Source of the DNA: Mobula hypostoma
Lineage: Eukaryota
Assembly (NCBI RefSeq): GCF_963921235.1
Contig: NC_086118.1
Coordinates: 27,654,001-27,718,000 of the forward strand
Direction of reading: 5' to 3'
Length of the DNA: 64,000 nucleotides
Each line of letters begins with the position of its first letter. Positions within the stretch are counted from its first letter, which is position 1. The translations under genes were made by a program, and so were the position numbers. The notes below the pieces were generated by a model. That model was given only the letters and a program-made list of their open reading frames with translations, made no database searches and was not told where the DNA came from. This document shows positions 12,868 through 25,400 of this stretch, piece by piece.

Positions 12868-15645
12868 GTAATAGAAGTAGTCCAGAACAACTGATAACCT
12901 TACTGACAGGACTAATTATAAGATGCAGCTATTGTTGTCAATATGAGCCATTTATTGCCCCTCCCTCAATATTTTTGAATTGAAGACACAGGTAAGAGTT
13001 AATCACATTGCTACAGGTTTGGAGCCATGTATGGAGCTGAACAACAATCCAATACTTTCTTGGAAGCTGTTGAGAAGAACATTCTTGTTTGTGATTCACA
13101 AACTCTCAGATTTAATTAATTGATTTTAAGTTTTCCAATGGCAACAGTTTGGTTTGAACTCATGACCCTCAGTCAATCACTCAGATGTCTGGCTGTCAGC
13201 CCCATGATTTAAACACCGTAGTACTTTACCCCTAGATTGTGTGATAAAACGCCATAAACAATTAGAAGATTGAGAGTGAGCCAAAATTGGAGAGTGGCCA
13301 TTTCATGTATACTATGTCTTTATAACCTACAGTATGTAGTGAGAAGAAATAGCTGCTTAAAGATTGTCAAGTCATTTGGAGGAACAAAATCCAATTATAC
13401 TAACAATGCATCAATAGATTTATGAACTGGATGAGTGCAGAAACAGAGCTGCAGTACCAGACCCTTAAACATATTCCACCATTTTAGTTAGACCATAACT
13501 GACCTGTATATCAGTTCCAATGACACGATTAGATAATCCTTAATACCTTTGCTGAATTAAAGTCTATCAATCTAGAATTTAGAATTCACTGATGTCCTGG
13601 CTGCACAAACTTTTGCTAGTGAGATTTCCAGATTTCCTTCAAACTTTTTGCCTCTTTGCACCAGGGATCCTGCTTTAATCCTGCCGTCTGTGTGAAATTT
13701 GCATGATCGCCGATCATTGTTAGATTTCCTCAGCAGGTCACTGGAAACTGCTTTTCATGTCTATGTGATTTTGGGCAAATGTGAATGATTTTGCATGAAT
13801 AGTTTCTGACATCAAACATTAATTTGATGAGTATGCTAATGCTGATCTAGAATTTCACAGTTGCAGAACTATGGTCTCCCCAGTTTTCTTATGTCTGCTC
13901 CTCTTACAAAAATGGAATATTTCCAAAGTAGCAAATTAACCCCCAACCACATTACCCTTAATCATCAGAAGTGATTTAAGATTACTTGCCTGACTAATAC
14001 ATAGTTTGGGTTTAATTGTGGTGAGTAGAGATGAAATAGCAACACAGCCGTGGTCCAGACATGGACCAGAGATTTGAATTCTCTGATGAGACATAAACTT
14101 TACAATTTGACATAAATGTATGTAAGCAAGCTTAGATGATACAGCTTTCTACTGCTTCATTTTAGTGATTAGTTATTCACGTGAAAAACTGAGGCCCTAG
14201 TAGAAATCCTGAGGAGATATTACCAATCATATTTGGCCAACTTCGCAAAATACCTATTATCGCTAAACTCTGTCTCCTCTTAATATTTTCCATAACTAAT
14301 CTAATAAATTGTCTCATGTCCTTTTTTTTACTCATAGTATTTTATATTGAAACTTAACTAAGGTCATTTTGATAGTCCATATAAATAACATCCATTAACT
14401 CTCCCTTATCTTTTGTGTTATTTAATTCCTCAAAAATGGTCAACTAGATTCCTTAGATATAAGTTATCTTCTACAAATTCATGGCAGCCATCTCTGGTCA
14501 ACTGATTTTCCCCAAAATACTTATTGTGTAAGAAATTAATTACAAATCTCCTAAGCAGTCTGGCATAAAAAAAAATTACTTCATTCTGTCTCTAATTGCA
14601 GCAGAAGCAATGTAATAGGAGGAAATGATGTTTATTGTCCATTATTAAATAGTTGTCAATATTAAATAATTGTAAAATTTCACTGAAGAGTAAAACTGAC
14701 CATATATCTTCTTTACCTACACCTAATATGGAAAACCAAAAATTGATATTAACATACAGTACAAGAAAACCCTTGCCTGATTAGGTTCAATGGACTTCTG
14801 TTCCAATTTAGTTTCAAATTTTCTTATTTATTCAAGCATTATTAAAGGAAAAAAAAATCGGTCTTTTGGATATTTCAATGCATATTGGTTGAAAAGATTT
14901 TGATGTCTTTGTAGTAGAATTTATGGACCTATACAATGAACTCGCTAGGTATTAGGAATAAAAAACGTTTCCAACAGGTGGGCAAATAATTTGCTATATT
15001 TCCATCCTTACAACAGTAAAGTTGCTCATTGATGTAATTAACTAAAATTATTTTCAATGTTTCATTTATGATCTATCACCGATAGACTTACCACTTCAAA
15101 TTTTGTCTTCTAAGTATCACTGTACTCAATAATAGGTAAATCTTAAATATTTTCCCCTGTACTATTCTGAATTATTTTAATAGAGTTTTGTTGATTGTGT
15201 TCTACTGTACCATTAGTTTTTTTTCCTCAATAAAACCTTTGATTACCTTGGTTAAACAAGAATAAAACCACGGTTCCTTACATGAGATTTTCAAATTTTC
15301 CTCTGTGCTGGGCATTAAATTTACTCTTCATCTATGTTTTTTCAAATAAAAGTCCAAAGACTGGTGTTTTATATTTAGGCTAAAAGTCTGTTAAGGGTTT
15401 CTTATAGTTGGAGAGAAAAACACCACACTAAAAGAAATTTTGTAGACTAAGAATGAGAGAAAAAATAAACAAAGGAATTAATCTTATTGAAGAATAGTTG
15501 AAACCCTTTCCTTTTAAATTGCCTATTCAGTTTAATCTTAATTTTGATGCATGAAAAACTGACTGCTGGAGTTTATAAGAAATAGATTAATTCATGCAGT
15601 AATAGTGTTGGGAGTCAATAATAACTGTAAGCACAAATTAGATTG

Positions 15646-15702
15646 CTGTTAATTAACCCAAGTCACTAATTTTTAATTACTGTTAATTAACCCAAGTCAC
15701 TA
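15646..15702. repeat. Short tandem duplication (period 34 bp)
   Basis: ctgttaattaacccaagtcacta at 15646 and 15680. Confidence 0.85.
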
Positions 15703-17207
15703 TATTTACTAATAGTTTTGCTGTATTTGGTGAGTTACTTGATTTGGGAAAGGTAGCCCTGAGATGAGATTTCTACAACTGATTATTTTTCCAGTAGTTT
15801 TGGCCATTTGTCATGTAGCCTGTTGATTTTAGTCTATATTTAGGTATATGTTGGATTCATGAAATAGGTAACAATACATCTTCTTTCCACAGTAACTTTA
15901 CATACAGATCGATTTGTTCTGCAGTTTAACTACTCTTCTGGAATATGCAAAAATAGCGTGGAATTTATCTTGTTTTATAAAATCAAAGCAAAAATTATTA
16001 TATTGTTTTACTGCTGAATTGAAAACTATTACTAATAACACAGCATTTCTGAATATTTATCAACATACTGTTTGGACTCTCGTGTACTTTTGGATACTCC
16101 ACGTAATTACAATTCAATTTCATAAACCTAGTATTATTCTTGTTGCTTATTCACCTCAGTCAGTTGTTGGTGAATAAACAATTGACAAACCTTACTAAAT
16201 AGCTCCAGATTGTTTTAAAAGATGCTAAAGGTAAGTTGTTATTTTAAGTTTACTTGGTTTGTTCACCTGTTTAATTGTTGTTGCATTCATTCAAATTGTC
16301 TACGCTTGGTGTTATAATAGCTCATATGAAGCTAGATAAATCAATTTACTAATGCATATTGTTCTAAAAAACTCAAATTACTAAAAATTTTGGATTTATA
16401 CTGTATATGGGAATACTGCAGACATAAGAGATCATGCTAAATCTAGTGGAAAGACTCAATAGCTATGTGCTGGTCCATAAATTTATTAGGTTTATTAACT
16501 GATAGGTCCTAATTACACTAGTCCCCTAATTACCCATAGAATCATCCCAAATTCCAATGCTGAAATTGGTTATGATTTGATTTCCTACTATTTATGTATC
16601 CCCCAAAATTGGCATTTTTCACTTTTGGTCAGAGCTTATTGTTTTCTTAACTCTTTATGTTGGCATATATCAATTAAAAACTGAATGATCACAGCATTAT
16701 GCTAATACTGAGTATTTTAATTATGTTTGAATTATTCTGAACCTTACCCACTCTCATTTACTGCAATTAAATTATTGCAACTTAAAAGTATTTTAGCCAA
16801 AGTTTTATTGACGTAAACATATTTATTCTGGAAATGAGAATTATACATTGTGTACTGGACGGCGATGGTCATATTCCCATATCGTGATTCCAAAGCTGTA
16901 ATTTCATATTAAAGCTAGTTCGGGTCTGTACCTGTCCCAGCAATGGAATAGGGATTCCAAATTAGGAGCAAGCAAGTGAATTATGAACATACTTCCTTTC
17001 CCGTTAAAATAGCCTCGGGGGGAAATTGATTCCCACAGACTCAAATAGATTAAGTGGTCCTTCAGGAACAGTTAATCGAATGCATTGAACTGCAAAGTGT
17101 GCAATGTATATTTGAACGACTGCAGGACATGGTAGATATTGGTTGGAAGGAGAAGGGGTGCAGCGGGTGTCCGATCTCCGAGATGTAAGCCGCTCTTGCG
17201 CCCTTAC

Positions 17208-18314
17208 CTAGATGCAGTTACTGTTTGATCCGGAAATCTGGCTGAGAGTCATGGATTCGGTGTTCTGCTGGCTGCTGGTGGAAAGCGAGCGGCGGCAAGA
17301 GCGCTGGAATCGATGGCTTCTCCCGTGAAAGGAGCCACTACTGCTGAAACTGCGATGCTGGTTGCCCAGGTACTCCTTATAGTTCTTGGTCAGCAGCGTG
17401 TAGAGGAATGGGTTGATGCAGCTGTTGCTATAGGTCAAGCAGGTCATCAGGTAATTGATGTGGCTCTTTGTCTTCTGCATCAGGGAGCGAGGGGGCTGAT
17501 AGTGGCCGATCATTTGCCACACCCAGAAGGGCAAGAAGCAAGCCCAGAAGAGCAGGACGATGGCAAAGATCATGTAGAGGACCTTCTGGTTGGGCGAGCG
17601 CCTTGTTTGTTTGTCATTAAAAGTGGTCACCTGGGATACCCAGTAAGTCCTGGCTAACCGAATATACAAATACCCAATGATTATCCCGGGAGCCAGGATG
17701 CTAGTGGTGAACAAGACGCTAAGGTAGATCCCATAGGCATGCTTGCTCCAGGTGGAGGAGCAGATATTTTTGCCTCGGGTCCGCATCAGCCTGATGGTAA
17801 TGATCATGGGCAGGGCCAGCAGCAAGGAGGCGAGCCAGATCACCACGGCAATGGCCTTCCTGTAACTTTTCGATCTCTTGACCGTGTCCAGGGGTTTCAC
17901 CACGGCTAGGTAACGCTCCGTGCTCATCACAGTCAGCGTGAAAATGCTGGCATGCATGGTTAGAAAGTCAACACTGAACAGGATCCGGCAGCCAATGTCC
18001 CCGAAGTACCAACCTTTCAAGAAGTAAGTGGAGACGATGAAAGGGATGGTGGAGAGGTAGAGCAGGTCGGCCAGCGCCAGGTTGATGATGTAGATGTACA
18101 TTGAGGCGGTCGACCTTATCGAGTGAAACATCACCACCAGCGTGTAGATGTTCCCTGTCACACCGACGATGAACATGAGGGATAGGACGGTCCCAATGGA
18201 ACAGGTCACCACCAGCTCTTCCATTGAATCTGTTGCTGGCATTCGCTCCGTGGTTGACACGTTGGTGGAGTCGGTACTGTTGTTCCACTCGGGGGCACCG
18301 GGGCCGCTGGCCAT
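17208..18314 (-). CDS. UTS2R: Urotensin-II receptor-like class A GPCR, 368 aa, single coding exon (subtype not resolved)
   Basis: Seven hydrophobic segments with GN (TM1), LALAD (TM2), DFLTMHASIFTL..ERY (TM3), WACFLPFW (TM6), NSCINPFLY (TM7); N-terminal glycosylation sites; ATG at 18314 in gagATGG context (the track start at 18335 is GTG); TAG stop. Confidence 0.93.
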   Translation of the reverse strand: MASGPGAPEWNNSTDSTNVSTTERMPATDSMEELVVTCSIGTVLSLMFIVGVTGNIYTLVVMFHSIRSTASMYIYIINLALADLLYLSTIPFIVSTYFLKGWYFGDIGCRILFSVDFLTMHASIFTLTVMSTERYLAVVKPLDTVKRSKSYRKAIAVVIWLASLLLALPMIITIRLMRTRGKNICSSTWSKHAYGIYLSVLFTTSILAPGIIIGYLYIRLARTYWVSQVTTFNDKQTRRSPNQKVLYMIFAIVLLFWACFLPFWVWQMIGHYQPPRSLMQKTKSHINYLMTCLTYSNSCINPFLYTLLTKNYKEYLGNQHRSFSSSGSFHGRSHRFQRSCRRSLSTSSQQNTESMTLSQISGSNSNCI

Positions 18315-18649
18315 CTCCGTAAAATTCAGCTCCACTGTAATCTCAGCGGTTACAAGAAATCACCTTAAACTCTTTTAAAGTTTCTTCTTTTGCGCAAAAA
18401 AGTTTATTTTTTTCTCTCGATAAAGCAACATTGGATAAACCTTCAGTCAGACGCAAAGCTTCCTGCAGACTGGTCGAGAACGGGGCTCATGGGTCCACGG
18501 AGACTTGGGGATGCTTCTCTGGGCTGCGTGATTCTTTGGCCGAGGACCAGTGAGTCAGTGCCAGCGCTGACCAGTGGAACGGGCACGGGTACCCGGTTGC
18601 CGGCTCCCACGGGCTGCCTGATGAGATTTCCCCCTTGCCCCAATGATCG

Positions 18650-18680
18650 CTTATTTATGTCGTTGATGACGCGGACTTTC
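18650..18680 (-). promoter_or_regulatory. Candidate core promoter: TATA-like CATAAATAA with an adjacent half-CRE CGTCA
   Basis: Minus strand reads gaaagtccgCGTCAtcaacgaCATAAATAAg, ~340 bp upstream of the ATG. Confidence 0.35.
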
Positions 18681-20474
18681 GTTTCCCCTCTTTTTTTTTC
18701 AAACGCCAACTACCGGAGCGGTGCTTTTCATTTGTTACTTGCGTTCGCTGTTTCCAGTCAATAGTAATCGAGAAGAAGCGGCAACGTGTGTGTATGGGCG
18801 TACCGCACGCACATTGCAGCTCTGTCTATTCCGATAGGAGATTTAATAATGTGAAAAGCAGAAAGGAAATTCCAAGAAGCAAACTTGGAAATTCTTGCGT
18901 ATCACTCAAACCTGTTAAAACATTTCCGATGCCTGATGTTACTTGTACCGCTGTTTTACCGTTATTTGGAGATAAATTCTTTGGATCATAATAAATAAAA
19001 TTCTATGAAAGGAAATCGATATTCTGCCATCCTATGCAATACTACTTAATGCTCTTAATATATTAGGTCTTTCTTGGAGATTACGCTATTGTTAAAATGA
19101 TCTAATACTCTGATGCTGTTCGGGATTATGATTGTGTTGGATAGATTACAACTATTCATGGAATACAATTGTTTCTCCAATACGGGCACCACTGGTCACA
19201 TACAGTTATAATACGATTTTGTACATTCTCGTCCTCACTCCAACGCACAGCGCAATGTTTTAAAACAATTCCTGCAATCGACTTATTAATCATTCAACAC
19301 AAAACGAAGTCCTATTAATATTTTGTGCATGCGCCGATTTTTCCAACTGATCTCTCTAAATCACCCTTCATATCTAGGATTATTTTACTGTTATATTTGC
19401 TGCATATCAATGTGAGAGATATAAATTTAATATGAACTGATCTGATTCTCTTCCCCCCCCCCCCCGCCAACCTGTCCACGAAACCTGCAGATAAATAGTC
19501 ATCGAAAATAAGGAGTCTCATGTAATATTTCAATAGTATAGTGGCCCTGTGTAAGCAATTACGCATGGATGCTGTTCCTTTCCCGTTGTGCAGTCTTCAA
19601 AACATATATTAAAAGCAGATTTATATGAATTTCCCCTCTGAGAATACTACTTTATAGTTAACAATGTGGAGGAGCAACACAATAGTTAAACCCTTTTCTC
19701 AATCCACAGTGTAGAGATGACTACATTTTATGTTAATCTGAACTTATATTAATAATTGCAGACCTTAATTCAATAACGAAAACATAATGATTGACATTTT
19801 ACTCAACAAAGTTCCCCACAACCTTCTTTTTACGGGTTGTGACAAACTATTTGAACTTGTTCCCGTGCAATCTGGACACATAATAATAGCCTCAGCAACT
19901 CCCCCCCCCCCCATTAACTACAAACGTGTAATTAGATTCAGAAATTTCAATAGGTGGCAAACCACAGAAGGTGCAAAAAGGAAAGTTCAAATGAAAAGTG
20001 TAATAAAGATTATATATGTGGAATTAATTGAAAGTATACAATCTTACAATGAAACATAAACTGAAACAATATCACCTCTTGCTAATTTTCTGAGATTCCA
20101 TACTTGTACAATTAAATTTTCAGTGAGCAATGTTGTTTAGCACTAATTATGGCTCAGCACATGATTCAAGTTCATCTCGTTTGATTGAACTAGATTTTTT
20201 ATACAACAGACTTCATGGTAATAGTAATATTTAACTTGTTGAATTTGACACCATAACAGAGAGCTCTACGCTGATTTCATGAGAGAAAACTACAACAGCA
20301 CACATTGTGGTGAAAAATGGTATCACTGATAGTAGTTTCTGAATTTCTGATTTTAACTGCACTGTATCAGACACCAGAGCTTGCTGTTAGTTTTAATTGG
20401 TTATCACTTCAAGTATTGGCAGCCTCCCCATTTCGGCAAATTCTAAGCTTCTGTTGATCTTTTTTTTGCCCTGA

Positions 20475-20845
20475 AGTATACTTGGACTGTATCCTTGGAG
20501 TTTAGAAGAATGAGAGGGCACCTCATAGAAACATTTCAAATGTTGAAAGGCATGGACAGAGTGGATGTGGCAAAATTGTTTCCCTTGGTAGGGGAGTCTA
20601 GTACGAGAGGGCACGACTTAAGGATTGAAGGGCGCCCAATCAGAACAGAGATGGGAAGAATTTTTTTTAGCCAGAGGGTGGTGAATCTGTGGAATTTGTT
20701 GCCACGGGCGGCAGTGGAGGCCAAGTCTTTGGGTGTATTTAAGGCAGAGATTGATAGGTATCTGAGTAGCATCAGAGGTTATGGTGAGAAGGCAGGGGAG
20801 TGGGACTAAATGGGAGAATGGATCAGCTCATGATAAAATGGTGAA
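20475..20845 (+). mobile_element. CR1 3' fragment
   Basis: EFRRMRGHLIETF..TRGH..FFSQRVVNLWNLLP. Confidence 0.85.
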
Positions 20846-20859
20846 AAAAATAAAAAAAG

Positions 20860-21343
20860 AGGAGATTTACTAGAATATTACCTGGGTTTCAGCACCTAAG
20901 TTACAGAGAAAGGTTGAACAAGTTAGGTCTTTATTCTTTGGAGCGTAGAAGGTTGAGGTGGGACTTGATAGAGGTATTTAAAATTGTGAGGGGGATAGAT
21001 AGGATTGACATGGATAGGCTATTTCCATTGAGAGTAGGGGAGATTCAAACAAGAGGACATGAGTTGAGAGTTAAAGGGCAAAAGTTTAGGAGTAACACGA
21101 TGGGGAACTTCTTTACTCAGAGAGTGGTGGCTGTGTGGAACGAGCTTCCAGTAGAAGTGGGAGAGGCAGGTTCGATTTTGTCATTTTTAAAAAATTGGAT
21201 AGGTATATGGACAGGAAAGGAATGGAGAGTTATGGGCTGAGTGCTGGTAGATGGGACTAGGTGAGAGTAAGTGTTCGGCACGGACTAGAAGGGCCAAGAT
21301 GGCCTGTTTCTGTCCTGCAATTGGTATATGGTTATATGGTTAT
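20860..21343 (+). mobile_element. CR1 3' fragment (different subfamily)
   Basis: LGLYSLERRRLRWDLIEVFKI..FFTQRVV; (atatggtt)n tail. Confidence 0.85.
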
Positions 21344-21771
21344 ACATCTCTGCACTTTCTTTTTAGTTACCACTTAATTATAAAATAGATTTCAATTTTA
21401 ATTAATTTTATCCTGATCTTAATATAAAGTCCAACTCAATTTCACTAATGCTTATTTGTAAAATACATGCTAAATTCTGTTCATCTGAAAGCGCCTGCAG
21501 TCATTAACATTTTTAGACTAACTCCAATTTCAAAACAGTGAGCAGCTTTGATCAATTAATTCCCAACCTACAGAACACCAGTTTCTGTTAATTCCATTTA
21601 TAGAGCATTTCCATTAATTCTGTGCAGATATGGTCTATTGCTTTGCTATGTGTGGGGTTAATTGCCACTGCACAAAGATATATGTGGGATGAATGTTGAA
21701 AATGGATGTTTGATTGCTCTGTGGAAAAGGGATATCACAACGTCTCAGATATATACTCTCTTGCTTTGTGT

Positions 21772-22443
21772 TTTAGATTATGAGGACACTCAGTCCTCGT
21801 TTATTGTCATTTAGAAATGCATGCATTAAGAAATGATACAATGTTCCTCTGGAGTGATATCACGAAAAAACAGGACAAACCAAAGACTAACACTGACAAG
21901 ACCACGTAAGTATAACATATAGTTACAGCAGTGCAAAACAGTACCATAATTTGATAAAGAGCAAACCATGGGAACGGTAAAAAAAGTCTCAAAATTCCGA
22001 TCGATTCCCAATAGTCCCGATAGCAGGCGGCAGAAGGGAGAAACCCGCTCTGCCATAAATATCCAGGCACCGACAATTGTCGATGCATTGGAAGCACCCG
22101 ACCACAGCCGACACTGAGTTCATCTGAAAACTTTGAGCCTCCGACCAGCCCTTCGACACTGAGCACCGAGCACCATCTCTGCCGAGCACTTCGACTCCAT
22201 CCTGGCCGCCGAGCAACAAGCAAAGTCAAGGACTCGGGGCCTTCCCCTCCGGAGATTCAGGATCACACAGTAACAGCGGCAGCGAAAAAGGCATTTTAGA
22301 AGTTTTTCCAGATGTTCCTCCATTCTCTCACGTCTGTCTCCATCGAATCAGGATTGTGCACGGCACCCTACTTGACAGATAACAGATACTCATCACCGGA
22401 GTGGCCGCGCAAGCTGCGTTGCGTCGCCATCTTCTCCTCTCTC
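21772..22443 (-). mobile_element. Non-coding, CpG-rich ~670-bp retroposon-like element
   Basis: Minus 5' end gagaggagAAGATGGCGacg; 3' end with AATAAA then ataatctaaa; sharp composition boundaries; no credible ORF. Confidence 0.55.
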
Positions 22444-22454
22444 AAATAAACAAA

Positions 22455-25400
22455 GTCCATAATTAGAGGAGCAGACAGCAGATTTTGTTCATGTGAAAGA
22501 GACACCCAGATGGTATGTTGTCTCCCAGGTGCCAGGGCCAGGGATGTCTCGGATCTGGTCCGTAGCATTTTGAAGAAGGAGTCAGAAATCATGGTACGTA
22601 TTGGTACCAATGACATAGGCTGGAAAAGGGATGAGGTCCTGAAGAGACAATATAAGGATTCAGGTAGAAAGCTGGAAAGCAGGACCTCCAGGGTAGTAAT
22701 CTCTGGATTGCCACACGCCTGTGAGGGTAAGAATAGAATGGTTTGGCAGATGAATGTGTAGATGAAGAATTGGTGCAGGGGTAGAGTTTCAGATCTTTGG
22801 ATCATTGGGATCTCTTCAGGGGAAGGTATGACCTGTACAAAAAGGACATGTTACACCTGAATCCTAGGGGCCCAATATCCTCGAGGGCAAGTCTGCTAGA
22901 GCTGTAGGGGAGGATTTAAATTAATTTGGCAGGAAAATGGGAACCAGATTGATGGGGCTGAAGATGGGACAGTTAGTATACAACTATGAGCAATGTGTTA
23001 TGAGGTTGTGAAGGAAGGACAGCAGATGATAGCGCAAAATTGCAGTCAATGGAATGAGATAAAGTATAACCGGGGGGGGGGCGGGGGGCAAAATCAGCAA
23101 GTAATGGAGTAGCCCAGTCCTCCCCACCATTGAGCATACCTACATGGAGCACTGTTGCATCATCAGAGACCCCCACCACCCAGGCCGTGCTCTCTTCTCA
23201 CTGATGCCATCAGGAAAGTGATAGAGAAGTCCCAAGACCCACACACTTTTCAACTTTAAATTTCAAAGTTCATAGTAAATTTGTTATCAAAGTGCATAAA
23301 TGTCACCACATACAACCTGACATTCATTTTCTGCGGGCATACACAGTAAAACCAAGAAGCACAAGAGAATCAATGAAAGACTACACCCAAGAGGGCATAC
23401 AAACAACCAACCTGTTCAGGAACTGTTATTACCCCTAATCATAAGGCTGTTGTACAGGAGCGGATAACTTCACTGGACTTCACTTACCCCATCACTGAAC
23501 TATTCCCATAACTTATAGACTCACTTTCAAGGACTCTTCATCTGATGCTCTTACTATTTATTGCTTATTTACTTTCTTTTTCTCTTTCATATTTGCACAT
23601 TGTTGTTCTCTGTATGTTGGTGTTTGTCCAAGCTGTTATATTTCTTGGAATTACTGTGTATGCCCACAAGAAAACAAATCTCAATTTGCAGATGGTGACA
23701 TATACATACATTGATAATAAATTTACTTTGAACTTTGAAAGCAAGAAGGCTGATGAATACAGGATGAAGGGTGTTATATTTAAGTGCATGAAGTATACGG
23801 AATAGAGCAGAAGATTATGTAGTGCAGTTAAAGACTGGCAGATATGATACTGTGGACACTGCTGAGTTGTGGCTGAAACAGGATCATAGCTGGGAGTTTA
23901 ACATACAAAGATACATGTTATATGGAATGGGTAGGCAGAGGGTGTGGGATAGCACTTTGGTAAAAATTGAAATCAAATCCTTATAAAGAAGTGAGATAAG
24001 ATCGGAAGATATAGAAACTTTGCATGCAGAGTTAAGAGAGCATAAGGGTAAAAAGACCCTGATGTGAGTTATATACAGGCCTCCAAACAGTAGCCAGGAT
24101 GTGGGCTACAAATTACAACAGGAGATAAAAAAGGCATGTAAAAAGGGCAACGTTACGATAGTCATGGGAGATTTCAATATGCTGCTAGATTGCGAAAATC
24201 AGCTTAGTACCGGATCCCAAGAGAGGGAACTTGTGGAATGTCAACAAGTTGGCAATTAGAGCAGCTTATGGTTAAGCCTACTAGGTGAATGGCAATTCCT
24301 AGTGGGCATGGTGTAACGGCTCAGATTTGATTAGGGAGCTTAAGGTAAAGAAACCCTTAGGGGCACAATGATCATAATATGATAGAATTCACCCTGCATT
24401 TTGAGAAGAAGAAGTTAAAATTGGATCTGTCAGTTTCACAGTGGAGTAAAGGGAATTACAGAGGCATGAGAGAGAAGCTAGGTAGTGTTGATTGGGAGGG
24501 AACACTAGCAGGGATGACGGCAGAGAGCAATGGCTGTGTTCTCTGGGAGCAATTTGGAAGGCACAGAAAAGATACATTCCAAAGATGAAGAAGAACTCTA
24601 AATGGAGGATGAGGCAAATTTGACTGAAAAGGGAAATCAAAGACAGTATATAATATAACAAAAACAAGTGGGAAGGTAGAGGATTGGGAAACTTTTAAAA
24701 GCCAACAGAAAGCAACTAAAATGCCTTAAAGAGAGAAAGCATGAAATACGAAGGTAAGCTAGCCAATAATATGAAAGAGAATACAATTTTTTTTCAGATC
24801 AATAAGGAGTAAAAGAGAGATGAGAGTGGGTATAGGACTGCTGAAAAGTGATGCTGGAGAGGTATACGTGGGTTACAATGAAATGGTGGACAAACTTAAT
24901 AAATATTTTGCTTCACTCTTCACTGTGGAAGACACCAGCAGAATGCCAGAAATGCAAAAGTGTCAAGGGGCAGAATAGCGTGTCATTGCTGTTACTATGG
25001 AGTATGTCCTTGGAGAGCTGGAAATCCTGAAGGTAGGTATATTACCTGAACCAGATGGAGTACACCACAGGGTTCTGAAAGAGGTAGCTGAAGAGATTGT
25101 TGAGGAATTTGTAATGATCTTTTAAGAATCATTAGATTCTGGAATGGTTCCAGAGGACTTGGAAATTGCAAATGTCATTCCACTCTTTAAGAAGGGAGGG
25201 AGCCCAAAATAGGCGAAAATCAGTATGGTTTCCTTAAAGGTAAATCTTGCCTGGCAAATCTGTTGGAATTATTCAAGGAAATAACAGGCAGGATAGACAA
25301 AGGAGAGTCAGTTGATGTTGTTTATTTGAATTTTCAGAAGGCCTTTGACAATAATGCCACACATGAGACTACTTAGCAAAACAGAGCAGATGGTATTACA

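Larger units (their letters stand above)
17150..18830. promoter_or_regulatory. CpG-island-like region covering the gene and its 5' flank
   Basis: Visibly higher GC and CpG content than the AT-rich, CpG-poor flanks. Confidence 0.7.

Noticed and set aside
18315..18335. N-terminal extension MELNFTE of the receptor
   Set aside because: The track start is GTG; the first ATG, in strong Kozak context, is at 18314, and an in-frame TGA lies upstream.
18618..18650. CTGATGA hammerhead-like core upstream of the gene
   Set aside because: No stem II or GAAA downstream.
17313..18764. Alternative-frame and antisense ORFs over the receptor and its 5' flank
   Set aside because: Expected shadows of a GC-rich CDS and CpG island; no recognisable domains.
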